DNA of 64,000 nucleotides from a bacterium (GCA_031385045.1 JANNBC010000052.1:96001-160000), one strand, 5' to 3'; shown: positions 1 through 10,757, numbered from the stretch's first letter. The notes: a model not told the origin generated them from the letters alone. Numbers and translations are program-made.

Positions 1-99
1 AATTATTAATCCTAGGATAATTCCAGTAATTAAAATTAGATTTTTTTTTGGTCTCTTCATAAATCTATTTTGAGCCTGAAGAGTAGATTAGGTAAGAGA

Positions 100-999
100 T
101 TATTCGAAAGGTTTTTCGACGCTATGTTTCCAAGCATGATAAGAGCTACGAACCAAAGGACCTGATTCGATAAACTTAAATCCTTTTTGTCGTCCAACGT
201 CTTCATACTCTTTAAACTCTTCTGGTGTGACAAAGAACTTTACTGGCATCTGCTTGGCAGAGGGGCGTAAATATTGACCAATTGTCATGATATCAACGCC
301 ACAATCTAGCAAGTCATCCATTAATGCAAAAACTTCTTCTTTAGTCTCACCGAGTCCGACCATGATACCTGATTTAGTTAGTGTTTGGGAACTAAGTTCT
401 TTTGCCCAGCGAAGGATACTGAGTGATTTAATATAGCCAGCTTTTGGTCTAACTTTGCGATAAAGTCGAGGTACGGTTTCGACATTATGATTTAGGATGT
501 TGATATTTTCCTTCATGATGATTGCTAGGGCATCTTGATCTCCATTCATGTCTGGAATTAGGAATTCAATTCGACATTCTGGTGCTTGAACTTTGATGGC
601 TCGAGCAGTTTGTGCAAAATGTCCTGCGCCGTAATCACTTAGATCGTCGCGATCTACTGAAGTTACAACTGCATGTTTTAAACCAAGTCTTTGGATTGCT
701 GTTGCTACGCGATGTGGTTCGAACTGATCTAAGGCCACTAGATTTTCCGAGGTTCCGTCTTTGACATTACAAAAGTTGCAACGTCTGGTACAGAACTCAC
801 CCATGATCATAAAAGTTGCTGTGCGATGTGCCCAACATTCTCCGATGTTGGGACACATCGCTTCTTCACATACAGTTACTAAGTTAAGTCCCTTCACTGT
901 TTCTCTAGTCGCTAGGTATTCCGGAGAGCCAGGTGCTCTGACCTTTAACCAACTAGGTTTAACAATTTGTCCCGGGGTTCTAGGTACTGGAATACTCAT
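100..999 (-). CDS. lipA: Lipoyl synthase
   Basis: KPSWLKV N-terminus, CEEAMCPNIGEC auxiliary cluster motif, CTRRCNFC radical-SAM motif, C-terminal RSSYHA. Confidence 0.97.
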   Translation of the reverse strand: MSIPVPRTPGQIVKPSWLKVRAPGSPEYLATRETVKGLNLVTVCEEAMCPNIGECWAHRTATFMIMGEFCTRRCNFCNVKDGTSENLVALDQFEPHRVATAIQRLGLKHAVVTSVDRDDLSDYGAGHFAQTARAIKVQAPECRIEFLIPDMNGDQDALAIIMKENINILNHNVETVPRLYRKVRPKAGYIKSLSILRWAKELSSQTLTKSGIMVGLGETKEEVFALMDDLLDCGVDIMTIGQYLRPSAKQMPVKFFVTPEEFKEYEDVGRQKGFKFIESGPLVRSSYHAWKHSVEKPFE

Positions 1000-1007
1000 T
1001 AGACTTA

Positions 1008-2255
1008 TTAAACTAAAAGCAATGCTGGGAATTCCAGGGCTTCTTTTAAGTGAGCTAAAAATTGTGCCGCTGTTACACCATCAATAATTCGATGATCTAC
1101 GGATAGAGTCACCTTCATTTCTAATCCAATCTTGATTTCTCCATCAATAACAATAGGTTTTTCTTTCATCCCACTGACAGCTAAAATTCCACCTTGGCCT
1201 GGATTGATAATTGCTGTGAAATTCTCCACATCATACATTCCCATATTAGAAATGCTAAATGTGCCTCCAGAAAGATCCGCTGAAGTTGGACGCCCAGCAC
1301 GCGCACGAGAAATCGCGGCTCTTGTTTCAAAAGCCACATCAATCAATTTCATTTGATCGACTTCTTTTAAAACAGGAATTAATAAGCCACCATCAATGGC
1401 GGTAATAATTCCAATATTAATTTGTGCTGGTTGATATAATTGATCACCATGCATCGCAGCGTTTACTCCCGGCTCTTTCGATAGAGCATAGGCAGTAGCT
1501 TTAATTAGAAAGTGGTTAAGGCTCAGGCCTTTAAAGTTTTCTTTAACCTTAAGTCCTTCTCTTAATTTCTTAGCTTCACCCATATTAATGACAGTTGTCA
1601 TGTAAAAATGAGGAGAAACTTGCATTGATTCTTGCATCCGTTTAGCAATTGTTGCCCGCATTTTTGTAAGATCGCTATATTTACCTCCAGTAGATGCTTT
1701 TGCTGGAACAGGAGGTAGTTTTGTTTCATTCACATTGACTACTGACGCACTCGTAACTTGTGGAGCAGGGGTGCCACCTTCTAGATCCTTTTTAACGATT
1801 CGGCCATTTGGACCTGTGCCGTTAATATTAGTTAAATCAATATTATTTTCTTTAGCTATTTTTTTGGCGAGTGGTGAAGCAATTAAGCGATCAGAACCAG
1901 AAGCTTCTAGTGTTGGAGTTGCTACAGTAGGAGCTTGAACTTCCGGAGTTTTCTCAGCAATAACTTCAGCCGCGGGAGTAGAGACAGCAACTGGAGTACT
2001 AGTAGCCACTACTTCTCCAGCTTCACCAAGTATGGCGATTGCTTCACCAACTTTGGCTACGGCACCTGCGGGAATAGAAATTTTTAATAAGGTTCCAGTT
2101 TCAAAGGATTCAATTTCTAAGTTAGCTTTATCTGTTTCAACTTCAGCTAGGATATCACCACGAGTAATTTGGTCACCTTCTTTTTTTAACCAAGCAAGGA
2201 TTTTGCCGGAATCCATCGTATCGCTAAGTTGGGGCATTTTAATTTCTTTGGCCAT
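1008..2255 (-). CDS. pdhC: Pyruvate dehydrogenase E2, dihydrolipoamide acetyltransferase
   Basis: One lipoyl domain (MPQLSDTM...ETDKA), E3-binding domain (ASPLAKK...GTGPNGRI), catalytic DHRIIDG; 8 nt upstream of lipA. Confidence 0.9.
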   Translation of the reverse strand: MAKEIKMPQLSDTMDSGKILAWLKKEGDQITRGDILAEVETDKANLEIESFETGTLLKISIPAGAVAKVGEAIAILGEAGEVVATSTPVAVSTPAAEVIAEKTPEVQAPTVATPTLEASGSDRLIASPLAKKIAKENNIDLTNINGTGPNGRIVKKDLEGGTPAPQVTSASVVNVNETKLPPVPAKASTGGKYSDLTKMRATIAKRMQESMQVSPHFYMTTVINMGEAKKLREGLKVKENFKGLSLNHFLIKATAYALSKEPGVNAAMHGDQLYQPAQINIGIITAIDGGLLIPVLKEVDQMKLIDVAFETRAAISRARAGRPTSADLSGGTFSISNMGMYDVENFTAIINPGQGGILAVSGMKEKPIVIDGEIKIGLEMKVTLSVDHRIIDGVTAAQFLAHLKEALEFPALLLV

Positions 2256-2562
2256 AGATCAGTGTTAGTAAAGTGGAGGCTAACTTTATAGGATAATTAG
2301 TGACTAAATTCAAATAAATGGGGCTAAACTCGCTCAGTTTGTTGTCATTTAAGTTGGCGGGATGCTTTTGAAAAATTGTAAATTTCAGAGAGATTTTTAT
2401 TGCTAGGAGTTTTTTTAGTAATATCAGCTAGTTTGCTCATACTCTCTCACTAATATGCTTTGCCTAGCCTGCCGAACTTCTAATAAATAATCTCTTGAAA
2501 GTGGCAACCTAAGGGAGTAGCCTGCTGAAGGTTGAGTTAGTTCTATAAATTTAAAATATTCT

Positions 2563-3123
2563 ATGAAATTACGTTCCTTGTATTTAATGACATTACTTGC
2601 TCCGATTAGCTTTTGCTGGGCCTCTAGTCAGGTTGATGGAGTTGGTGGATTAGTAATTAATGCCGAAGTGCCACAATTCGCAATTAGCTCCTCCACAGTT
2701 GTTACTTGCCAAGGAGGTTTTGTTGCCATTAATGGCTTAGCTCCTGATAATAATACTGCTACTTGTGCCTCAATTAAAAAAATCACTGTTAATGGAACAT
2801 CATTCGACGATCTTGTTGATTTATCAGCAGTTACTAAACCAGATTTCTCGCAAATTAAATCTACTCGAATCCTTTTAGGTGCTGGAAATGATGAAGTGAT
2901 TGGTTCGCAAGCAGCCGATAATGTTTCGGGAAATTCTGGAAATGATGATTTAACCGGCCGTGGCGGAAATGATCGCCTTACAGGTTCTTCCGGAAATGAT
3001 GTTCTAAGAGGTGGTCCTGGCAGTGATGTTCTGCTTGGTGGCTCTGGTAATGATATCATCCGTGGTGGTGGTGGCTTAGATGTTATTGATGCTGGTTCAG
3101 GCCTTGATAATGTCCGACAATAG
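2563..3123 (+). CDS. Secreted calcium-binding protein with hemolysin-type (RTX) nonapeptide repeats
   Basis: N-terminal signal peptide; about nine GxGxDxLxG-type repeats fill the C-terminal half. Confidence 0.85.
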   Translation: MKLRSLYLMTLLAPISFCWASSQVDGVGGLVINAEVPQFAISSSTVVTCQGGFVAINGLAPDNNTATCASIKKITVNGTSFDDLVDLSAVTKPDFSQIKSTRILLGAGNDEVIGSQAADNVSGNSGNDDLTGRGGNDRLTGSSGNDVLRGGPGSDVLLGGSGNDIIRGGGGLDVIDAGSGLDNVRQ

Positions 3124-3145
3124 TTTACTTTTAAAAATTAACCTT

Positions 3146-3727
3146 ATGAAAATACAAATAGCTTTGATTCTAATTTTAACTAGTATTGTTTCAGCCGAAG
3201 ATGTTTTTGTGCAAAAAGATGGCAATACTTTGTCGGTTCAACAGGGTAGCCGGACAACTGTTGTAGAAGGGGCAAGTCCTCGTGCTGCTGGGCAACTTGT
3301 AGGTGAAGCTGCCAAGGCTGCTTCCGGGATTGGTTTAGGAATTGCCGATGCCTTTGGGGCAAAGACTGGTCAAACTGCCGATGTCCGTTTGGAACGTCGT
3401 GGAGGTTATCGTGGAGAAACAAATCGTATCGTCGTTGATCAGGGTAGATCGCAAGGACAACAAATAGTTGGTGCAAATACTGGACAAATGCCACGCGAGG
3501 AACCGGGTCGCACTATGAGTGGAGTTTACACAATTAGCATTGCTGGATCAGATGGAACAGCCAGTAGTTATCAAGGCGCAACAAATGTGGAGATTTTTAA
3601 AGATGGACAAGTTTATAATGAACAAGCTGGAAGTATTCAGTATACGGGCTCAGTTAAATTTACTTCCATCAATGGTGAACAAAGATCTGGCCGTGGTGTC
3701 ATTGGGTTAGCTAAAGAAATAGATTAA
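3146..3727 (+). CDS. Hypothetical exported Gly-rich protein
   Basis: ATG at 3146 gives the signal peptide MKIQIALILILTSIVSA; the ORF-track start at 3080 overlaps the upstream gene. Confidence 0.65.
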   Translation: MKIQIALILILTSIVSAEDVFVQKDGNTLSVQQGSRTTVVEGASPRAAGQLVGEAAKAASGIGLGIADAFGAKTGQTADVRLERRGGYRGETNRIVVDQGRSQGQQIVGANTGQMPREEPGRTMSGVYTISIAGSDGTASSYQGATNVEIFKDGQVYNEQAGSIQYTGSVKFTSINGEQRSGRGVIGLAKEID

Positions 3728-3735
3728 CCCCAATT

Positions 3736-3763
3736 TTCCCTAGGTAGAAATCTACCTAGGGAA
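3736..3763. terminator. Likely bidirectional intrinsic terminator
   Basis: Perfect stem TTCCCTAGGTAG-AAAT-CTACCTAGGGAA between convergent genes. Confidence 0.65.
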
Positions 3764-3778
3764 TCCTTCTCCTAGTTA

Positions 3779-4561
3779 TTATCTGCTAGACTTTCTTGGC
3801 GCAACCAGCCTTTCTACCAGTGGTCTTTTCTGAATTAAAACAATTAATAAAATTAGGCTAAACAAAGTATATTCCCAATAATTTTTTTTCATCAAAAAAA
3901 TACTAATTGTTCCCACTAAATGTACAACTCTAAGGATGATAATTGGTAAAATATAATTAATGATGGTGATAATATTATTTAAGTTTGGTCGATGTTTGTT
4001 TTTGCTAGCTTTAATAATATTTAGAATGACGGGTGTGCAAGCAAAAATTACAAATAGAATTTGGAGAACAATTTTAGCAATTGGGTAATTAGTTTCTGCT
4101 AACATGATAATCTGAATTGAAGTTGCCGCAAGAAACAAGATTAAGATGATAACTAGCAAGCCCTTGGCGCTAATTAAATTTCTTTTGCTTGGTTTAGAAA
4201 ACTTTGCACAAACTTCCCAAGTCATTAAAAAAACTAAAAAATAAGTAGACCATTTAAAGACTTCTGTTAAATCGATTTTTTCAGTTAGATTATTTAGAAA
4301 AGCATAATGAGGAATTAGAAAAATCAAATAGTCCAAAATTACTGTGCTAGTTAAAAAAACTTTCAGTCGATTTAGATATAGGAAATAGAAGAAGGCTAGA
4401 TGATTATAGTAATTAACCTTTTGGACAAATTTCTGACGGCGTAGCTCCTCTTCCCAGGCTTGTACTTCTGGTGGCAGATTCTTTCGTTGATTTTCTTTCA
4501 GCATCTGCCGAATAACCTTCCCTCCGATCTCATCAAATAAACGTGCTAAGGGACTTTTCAT
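3779..4561 (-). CDS. Hypothetical integral membrane protein
   Basis: 260-aa ORF with about six hydrophobic segments. Confidence 0.65.
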   Translation of the reverse strand: MKSPLARLFDEIGGKVIRQMLKENQRKNLPPEVQAWEEELRRQKFVQKVNYYNHLAFFYFLYLNRLKVFLTSTVILDYLIFLIPHYAFLNNLTEKIDLTEVFKWSTYFLVFLMTWEVCAKFSKPSKRNLISAKGLLVIILILFLAATSIQIIMLAETNYPIAKIVLQILFVIFACTPVILNIIKASKNKHRPNLNNIITIINYILPIIILRVVHLVGTISIFLMKKNYWEYTLFSLILLIVLIQKRPLVERLVAPRKSSR

Positions 4562-4665
4562 TAAAATCGAACAGGAAATTAAAATTATTTGTTTTTATTA
4601 ATCAGATTGATGAGGATCATTAATTGCCTTTTGTGTCACTCCATTTTATTGTTATCACAATTCAT

Positions 4666-5979
4666 ATGAAATCCGATCCACAATACTTAACAGTTACTAG
4701 GCTTTGCCAATATTATAATACCGTACTAGAGCAGTATTGCGGTACTGTTTATTTTGAGGGTGAAATCTCTAGTGTTAACATTGGAGCAAGGCATCATCAT
4801 TATATCAAAATTAAGGATCAAAGCAGTGCGATTTCAGCAATCATCTGGGGCAGTTATGCCGAGACTTTAAAGTTTAAATTAGAAGTTGGGCAGAAAGTAC
4901 TCTGTCAGGGACGTCCCCAAATTTATCCTGCCCGTGGGGACCTATCCACAATTATCACCAGTATTAAATTAGCTGGTCAAGGAGATCTACAACAAAAGTT
5001 TTTGGAATTGAAAGAAAAGCTCCAAGCCGAAGGACTCTTTGATCCCGCGCGAAAAAGAAAATTACCTTTTTTGCCAAATGCCATTGGAATTATCACTTCT
5101 GCAACTGGTGCCGTGATTCATGATATGTCTGTTAAATTTGCAGAACGGTATCCAAGTATTAAACTTTATCTTTATGATGCTCGAGTTCAAGGAGAGGGTG
5201 CTTACCGCGATTTGATTGCGGGACTGCAATATTTCAATCAGCAGAATAATGTTGATTTAATTATTCTAGCGCGTGGTGGTGGTTCATTAGAAGATTTGTG
5301 GAATTTTAATGAAGAAGCTTTGGTGCGAGCAATTTTTGCTTCTAATTTACCAGTTGTATCAGCAGTTGGTCATGAGCCTGATATTTCTTTGTCAGACTTA
5401 GTTGCTGACTTACGCGCTCCAACGCCTACTGCGGCAGCGGAATTTACTGTTCCTAAATTAAAAGATTTAGTTTTGAGCCTAGATCAACAACTTAATCGTC
5501 TAAATCAGTTTGAACGCTGGGTAATAAATTACTGGCAAAAATTTGAATATTTGTCAGAGAAATTTTTTAATTCTAAAAGTAATTATCTTCAAGCCCAACA
5601 GCAACACTTACAGCATTTTCAAAGAGTTTTAAAGTTAGTTGAACCTAGAAATTTAATCTCTAATAAGAAACAACAACTTGTGAATCAGCTTAAAAATTTA
5701 AATACCAATTATCAGAATATTCTGCAGATTAACCAAAGAAAATTTATAATCATTGGTAATTTAGCAGAGCGTTTTCGAAAATCATTAAGTACTCAACAGC
5801 AGTATCTTTTGGAAAAGGAAAAGCACCTAGCCGCTATTAATCCGATCAGTATTTTAGCTCGGGGTTTTAGTATTGTGAAGAATAAGGGCATTTATATTCG
5901 TTCAGTGAGTGAAGTAAGTGCAAATGATCAATTAGAAGTGCAACTAGCAAATGGCACAATTAATGTTATTGTAAAATAG
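4666..5979 (+). CDS. xseA: Exodeoxyribonuclease VII large subunit
   Basis: OB-fold N-terminus, GIITSATGAVIHD, ARGGGSLEDLWNFN, SAVGHEPD, RAPTPTAAAE; ATG 4666 preferred over TTG 4624. Confidence 0.95.
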   Translation: MKSDPQYLTVTRLCQYYNTVLEQYCGTVYFEGEISSVNIGARHHHYIKIKDQSSAISAIIWGSYAETLKFKLEVGQKVLCQGRPQIYPARGDLSTIITSIKLAGQGDLQQKFLELKEKLQAEGLFDPARKRKLPFLPNAIGIITSATGAVIHDMSVKFAERYPSIKLYLYDARVQGEGAYRDLIAGLQYFNQQNNVDLIILARGGGSLEDLWNFNEEALVRAIFASNLPVVSAVGHEPDISLSDLVADLRAPTPTAAAEFTVPKLKDLVLSLDQQLNRLNQFERWVINYWQKFEYLSEKFFNSKSNYLQAQQQHLQHFQRVLKLVEPRNLISNKKQQLVNQLKNLNTNYQNILQINQRKFIIIGNLAERFRKSLSTQQQYLLEKEKHLAAINPISILARGFSIVKNKGIYIRSVSEVSANDQLEVQLANGTINVIVK

Positions 5980-5987
5980 AGACTATT

Positions 5988-6230
5988 ATGGAAAAAAATA
6001 TAAATATTGAAGGTTTATTAAAGCAGGACTTTGATAAGATTAAAGCAAAGATCAGTTTTGAAACAGGGACGGAGTTACTGGAAGAGCTGATTCAAAAAGT
6101 TGAATCTGGGGAACTTCCCTTGGAGCAGGCGGTTGCTTCCTATGAACTAGGGACTAAGCTTCATCAGCATTTGAAGGGATTATTAGGAGATGCGGAGAAA
6201 AAATTGGAGATTATTAAAGTAAAAGAGTAG
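5988..6230 (+). CDS. xseB: Exodeoxyribonuclease VII small subunit
   Basis: SFE...LEELIQKVESGELPLEQAVASYELG...L...AEKKL pattern, directly after xseA. Confidence 0.9.
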   Translation: MEKNINIEGLLKQDFDKIKAKISFETGTELLEELIQKVESGELPLEQAVASYELGTKLHQHLKGLLGDAEKKLEIIKVKE

Positions 6231-6266
6231 TCCTAACTTTGTCACTTAATTTCAGTGATAGATATG

Positions 6267-6275
6267 TGATATAGT
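6267..6275 (+). promoter_or_regulatory. Extended -10 promoter, probably leaderless, for the pilin-like gene
   Basis: TGaTATAGT ends 6 nt before the ATG at 6282. Confidence 0.5.
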
Positions 6276-6281
6276 TTGTAG

Positions 6282-6767
6282 ATGAGAGAAAAAGGCTTCA
6301 CCTTAATTGAATTATTAGTAACTGTTGCCATCCTTGGTATTCTCGGGGCAATGGCAGTAGCCAACTATAACTCATATAAAGAACGACCGATTAATGTTGG
6401 TGTAATTAGTTTGATCAATAATCTTAGACTGGCGGTAGAGGCATCGCCTTATCGCAATCTTTACGCAGCAAAAACACCTTCTCAAGTTTCTATTAATTAT
6501 CTTGCTGGGAATTTTGAGATCGGTATTCCTGGAAACCCTACCTGGCAACAAGCATTACCAGGATTGCCATTGCCTAAAGTGAGTCAGAATTTTCTATTAT
6601 TTTCTGGATTAACTCATGATTATCGAATTGAGGCCTTTGACTGTGAGGACTATAAATTAAACCCGACTACATATCGTGGTTTTCAATATGCGTCAGAACA
6701 TATGGCCGCAGGACATTCTAGTGAAATATCTGAATGGAGTTTTTATGGGTTTGAGGGTTATTGTTAA
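6282..6767 (+). CDS. Type IV pilin/pseudopilin-like protein
   Basis: Class III signal peptide KG|FTLIELLVTVAILGILGAMAV with Glu5; C-terminal Cys pair. Confidence 0.88.
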   Translation: MREKGFTLIELLVTVAILGILGAMAVANYNSYKERPINVGVISLINNLRLAVEASPYRNLYAAKTPSQVSINYLAGNFEIGIPGNPTWQQALPGLPLPKVSQNFLLFSGLTHDYRIEAFDCEDYKLNPTTYRGFQYASEHMAAGHSSEISEWSFYGFEGYC

Positions 6768-6770
6768 ATA

Positions 6771-7217
6771 TCACTTATCTACAACAGTCTTTGATTTTCT
6801 TCTTAGTAGTTCACAATGAATAATCATGCCAAAAAAAATAGCGTTAAAACCAGAAATGCTTGCTTCTGATTCCCCTTTACTGACACCTATTATAATTAAC
6901 AACGATCCAATAATCAGGAAGAATAACTCTGCAGCAAATAAGTTTGGGGTTGATATCAGGTGTTTTGTTTTAGCTTTATCCTCTCCAAGGATCAGTTTTT
7001 TGGCGATGATAAAGAAGCTGTATCCTATAATAGCTGGCACAGCGAGCATTATCAGAAATATACCTAATTTTTCTGGCTCACTCGGAAAATTTGGCGTGAA
7101 TAAGCGAGAGAGGATAAAGAGCATTGCTATCAAGCATGTCATACTAACAGCTGCTGACAGAATTCCAACAAATATCATTATGAATCTTGGTGGCTCATTT
7201 TCGTACATAGTTGGCAA
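6771..7217 (-). CDS. Hypothetical membrane protein (4 TM)
   Basis: Four hydrophobic segments; true start may be ATG 7208. Confidence 0.65.
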   Translation of the reverse strand: MPTMYENEPPRFIMIFVGILSAAVSMTCLIAMLFILSRLFTPNFPSEPEKLGIFLIMLAVPAIIGYSFFIIAKKLILGEDKAKTKHLISTPNLFAAELFFLIIGSLLIIIGVSKGESEASISGFNAIFFGMIIHCELLRRKSKTVVDK

Positions 7218-7341
7218 GATTTTATACCAATAAATTGAATCACTACGTCAGGAGTATCTAGGCCTTAATTCCTATTACTTCGTAATAGAATTAAGAGTAA
7301 GGCCAATAAAATAAATTACTTCGTAATTCATTTTAAATGCA

Positions 7342-7388
7342 CTTTCATGTTACTAATTGTGCCGATGGCACAATTAGTAACATGAAAG
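7342..7388. repeat. Perfect 22-bp inverted repeat abutting the tRNA-Cys 3' end
   Basis: CTTTCATGTTACTAATTGTGCC-GAT-GGCACAATTAGTAACATGAAAG. Confidence 0.9.
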
Positions 7389-7459
7389 GCCCGAGTGGGA
7401 GTCGAACCCACGAATGATGGTTTTGCAAACCATTGCCTTAGCCACTTGGCGATCGAGCC
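7387..7459 (-). tRNA. tRNA-Cys (GCA)
   Basis: Minus strand GGCTCGATCGCCAAGTGGCTAAGGCAATGGTTTGCAAAACCATCATTCGTGGGTTCGACTCCCACTCGGGCCT; cloverleaf, GCA anticodon, U73; CCA not encoded. Confidence 0.95.
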
Positions 7460-7583
7460 GATACTCTATAGAGTATATAAAAATTCTAATTTTTAGCAAA
7501 TCAGATAAATTTAAATTTAATTGCCCAGCTCTTGGCTGAAGATTTTACTCCTTGGTCAGTGGACAGCAGATTATTAATAAAAA

Positions 7584-9566
7584 ATGTCTAATACCCACAC
7601 TCACAACTCCCAATTTGATCCCTTAACAAGTATTTTTGGTGAAAAAGCTGAAATTATTTGTAGTTTAATGGCGGGAGCATTACTGACAATCGGTTATCTA
7701 ATTGAGACTTTTTTTGAACTTCCCAAAATTATCAGTTTAACTTGTTACCTATTTAGTTATTTTTTAGGTGGATATTACACAATGCGTGAGGCAATTCACG
7801 CGCTTAGTCATGGTAAATTTGAAATAGATTTTTTAATGATTGTGGCGGCAATTGGTGCTGGAATTTTAGGAGCTTGGTCTGAGGGAGCATTATTATTATT
7901 TTTATTTAGTATGGGTCATGCTTTAGAGCATCGCGCATTGGACAAAGCTAAAAAATCAATTGAGGCTCTTGCCGGCTTAGCTGCTAAGACTGCACTTTTA
8001 AAAGTTGGTAGTGAGATTAAAGAAGTTTCTGTTCAAACATTAATTCCTGGAAATGTAATTTTAGTAAAACCAAATACAAAAATTGCGGCTGATGGTTACG
8101 TGCTCTCAGGAAGCAGTACCGTGAACCAAGCTCCAATTACAGGCGAAAGCATGCCAGTCGATAAGACGGCAGTGCCAGATGCTCAGGTAGAGCTGTCTAA
8201 AGTTACTAATCTTGATGCGAAATATCGAGTATTTGCAGGAACAATTAATGGTAATTCTTCCTTAGAAGTTGTTGTTACAAAGCTATCCGCTGATTCCACA
8301 CTCTCTCGCCTAATTAAGATGGTCAATGAGGCTCAACAGCAAAAATCAGATACACAAATTCTAACTGATAAAGTCGAAACTTATTATGTCCCAGCACTCC
8401 TATTTCTTGTTGTCTCACTTTGCTTGGCATTCCTTGTAATTGATGAAACATTTGCCGCCAGTTTTTATCGGGCGATTAGTGTGCTAGTTGCGGCAAGTCC
8501 TTGTGCTTTAGCAATTGCAACTCCCAGCGCTGTTTTGAGTGGAATAGCTCGCGCTGCTCGTGATGGTGTCTTAATTAAAGGGGGGCGTCCATTAGAAGAA
8601 CTTGGTCGACTGACAGCTCTGGCTTTAGATAAAACTGGAACATTAACTGAGGGAAAACCAAAATTGACTGACATAATTCCTTTTAATAATACTTCAGAAG
8701 CTGAGTTATTAAAAATAGTTATAGCAGTAGAAAGCCTTAGCAATCATCCCTTAGCTAAAGCAATTGTTAGCGCTGGAAAAGTAAAGCTTGGAAATTTAGA
8801 GATTCCGATGGCTACCGAATCTCAAGAAATTAATGGTAAAGGCTTATTTGCTCACGTTGAAAAGCAAGAAGTTTATATTGGAAATTTAGAATTATTTACT
8901 AGTGGAAATTTACCTCAGCCAAGTTCCGAGATCTTAATTCAAATGCAAACCCTGCAAAAATCAGGGCGAACTTCCATGTTAGTAATGTTTGCAGGGAACT
9001 ATATTGGATTACTGGGGATGATGGATGTGCCTCGTGCGGAAGCTAAAGAAGTTATTACTCAGCTAAAAACTTTGGGTATTAAAAAAATTATTATGCTCAC
9101 AGGAGACCATCAAGAAGTTGCCGAGGCAATTGCTAAAAGTGTTGGCATAACAGATGTCTATGGAAGTTTACTACCAGAAGAAAAAGTGATCGCTGTTAAA
9201 AAATTGCGGGAAACTGAAAAGCAATTAGCAATGGTTGGTGATGGGGTTAATGACGCTCCGGCGATGGCTAATAGTACGGTAGGAATTTCTATGGGTGCTG
9301 CCAGTAGTGATGTCGCTTTAGAAACTGCTGATATTGCCTTACTAGGTGATAATTTAAAATTACTACCTTTTGCTATTGGACTTAGCCGTAAAGCACATCA
9401 AATTATTCGACAGAACCTCGTGATTAGTTTGGGAATGGTAGCAATTTTATTACCATTAACAATTTTTGATATCGCGACGATTGGCCCCGCGGTGATCGCC
9501 CATGAAGGATCCACAATCATTGTAGTCTTAAATGCTTTAAGGCTACTTGGTTATCAGAAACAATAG
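7584..9566 (+). CDS. Heavy-metal translocating P-type ATPase, P1B-4 subgroup
   Basis: TGES, SPC, DKTGT, HP, GDGVND, and HEGST in the last TM; SPC plus HEG[S/G]T is the P1B-4 signature. Confidence 0.92.
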   Translation: MSNTHTHNSQFDPLTSIFGEKAEIICSLMAGALLTIGYLIETFFELPKIISLTCYLFSYFLGGYYTMREAIHALSHGKFEIDFLMIVAAIGAGILGAWSEGALLLFLFSMGHALEHRALDKAKKSIEALAGLAAKTALLKVGSEIKEVSVQTLIPGNVILVKPNTKIAADGYVLSGSSTVNQAPITGESMPVDKTAVPDAQVELSKVTNLDAKYRVFAGTINGNSSLEVVVTKLSADSTLSRLIKMVNEAQQQKSDTQILTDKVETYYVPALLFLVVSLCLAFLVIDETFAASFYRAISVLVAASPCALAIATPSAVLSGIARAARDGVLIKGGRPLEELGRLTALALDKTGTLTEGKPKLTDIIPFNNTSEAELLKIVIAVESLSNHPLAKAIVSAGKVKLGNLEIPMATESQEINGKGLFAHVEKQEVYIGNLELFTSGNLPQPSSEILIQMQTLQKSGRTSMLVMFAGNYIGLLGMMDVPRAEAKEVITQLKTLGIKKIIMLTGDHQEVAEAIAKSVGITDVYGSLLPEEKVIAVKKLRETEKQLAMVGDGVNDAPAMANSTVGISMGAASSDVALETADIALLGDNLKLLPFAIGLSRKAHQIIRQNLVISLGMVAILLPLTIFDIATIGPAVIAHEGSTIIVVLNALRLLGYQKQ

Positions 9567-9567
9567 C

Positions 9568-10626
9568 TTATTGCTCTAGCTTATGGATCACCTGTGGAAT
9601 ACCAGCATAAAGATTTAGATCATTAAATATAAATTGATATTCGCCAATTTTAATCCCAGATTTAATTTTTGAAATTGGATCTGCCTCAATTAGTCCCATG
9701 GCCAGTAACTTCATCGCATAATATCCTAAATCAGCATTGAGGTAGGGATCTTTGTGGTATTTCGCTTGGAATTTCTCAGTAAATGTTTGATCAAAAGCAG
9801 ATCGTTTACTGTAATAAATATTTTTAAAGGGAGTTAGATCTGCTAGTTTATCTCGTTGAACATCCGTGGCAATTGAGTTGGTGATAATATTTAAATCTGT
9901 CAGCCCAGCTTCTTTCAGTTTCTTTAGAATAGTTGCCAGACCAGCTGGTTGTCCATCAACATAAACAACATCAGGATTTAGTTTCTTAAGTTTTAGTATA
10001 ATATCACTAGCATTAGGAATATTAATGTCAGTATATTCTAGTTCTCCCACAAACTCTCGTCCTTCTTTAGAAAAAATAGCTTTCATGCTCTCGGCCAGCG
10101 TCGCCCCAAAACCCGAAGTGTAGCGAATGATGGCTCCCTTCTTCCAGCCTTGTTTAAGAATTAATGGTTCATAAATATTAATCCATTCACGAAGATCTCC
10201 TTGGAGTAGAAAATAGTTTTCCCCTAAGACAACATCTTTATTATATAGAGTTTCACAGGAGATTAACGGCAGTTTATCTTTTTCTGACTGCTTCACGATC
10301 GAATTAATCCACCATGAACCACCGAGAATCCCTTGCACCTGATTAATATTTTTTAATTTGCTGTATGCCAGAGCTGTATTCTTAGGCACAGATCCATCAT
10401 CCTCAACTTGTAAATCAATCATGATACCTTGAGTCTGAAGTTCATCTACTGCCAGCTTCGCACCTTCTAGCACTGCTGTACCATAATTGGCAGCAAAGGA
10501 ACTTAAGGAGCCAATGAAGCCAATTTTTATTTGCTTAGAATTTGTTTTTTCTTCAGCCCAAGTAGCTCTTGGACTTGGTGTAATAATTAGGAAAGTTAAA
10601 ACAATTCCTAGTAGTAATTTATTCAT
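9568..10626 (-). CDS. Periplasmic substrate-binding protein, LivJ/branched-chain amino acid type
   Basis: Signal peptide from ATG 10626 (MNKLLLGIV), IKIGFIGSLS...YG...GAKLAVDE, EDDGS.P; no permease adjacent. Confidence 0.8.
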   Translation of the reverse strand: MNKLLLGIVLTFLIITPSPRATWAEEKTNSKQIKIGFIGSLSSFAANYGTAVLEGAKLAVDELQTQGIMIDLQVEDDGSVPKNTALAYSKLKNINQVQGILGGSWWINSIVKQSEKDKLPLISCETLYNKDVVLGENYFLLQGDLREWINIYEPLILKQGWKKGAIIRYTSGFGATLAESMKAIFSKEGREFVGELEYTDINIPNASDIILKLKKLNPDVVYVDGQPAGLATILKKLKEAGLTDLNIITNSIATDVQRDKLADLTPFKNIYYSKRSAFDQTFTEKFQAKYHKDPYLNADLGYYAMKLLAMGLIEADPISKIKSGIKIGEYQFIFNDLNLYAGIPQVIHKLEQ

Positions 10627-10757
10627 AGGGGGACTTTTAAAGTTGATCTTTAATGAACTTATCAGATTCAATCATAAATCACATTAAAAAATATTAATCT
10701 ATTTTTGCAACTTAAAACTTTAAAAACCGATTAAATAGACATTACGCAGAAAGTGTC

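Noticed and set aside
761..2268. Plus-strand ORFs antisense to lipA/pdhC, and similar shadow ORFs opposite lpdA, E2, gpmI, hppA, tad genes and groEL
   Set aside because: They overlap well-supported genes on the other strand and have no motifs of their own
2880..3120. 27-nt periodicity
   Set aside because: Explained by the RTX nonapeptide coding repeats
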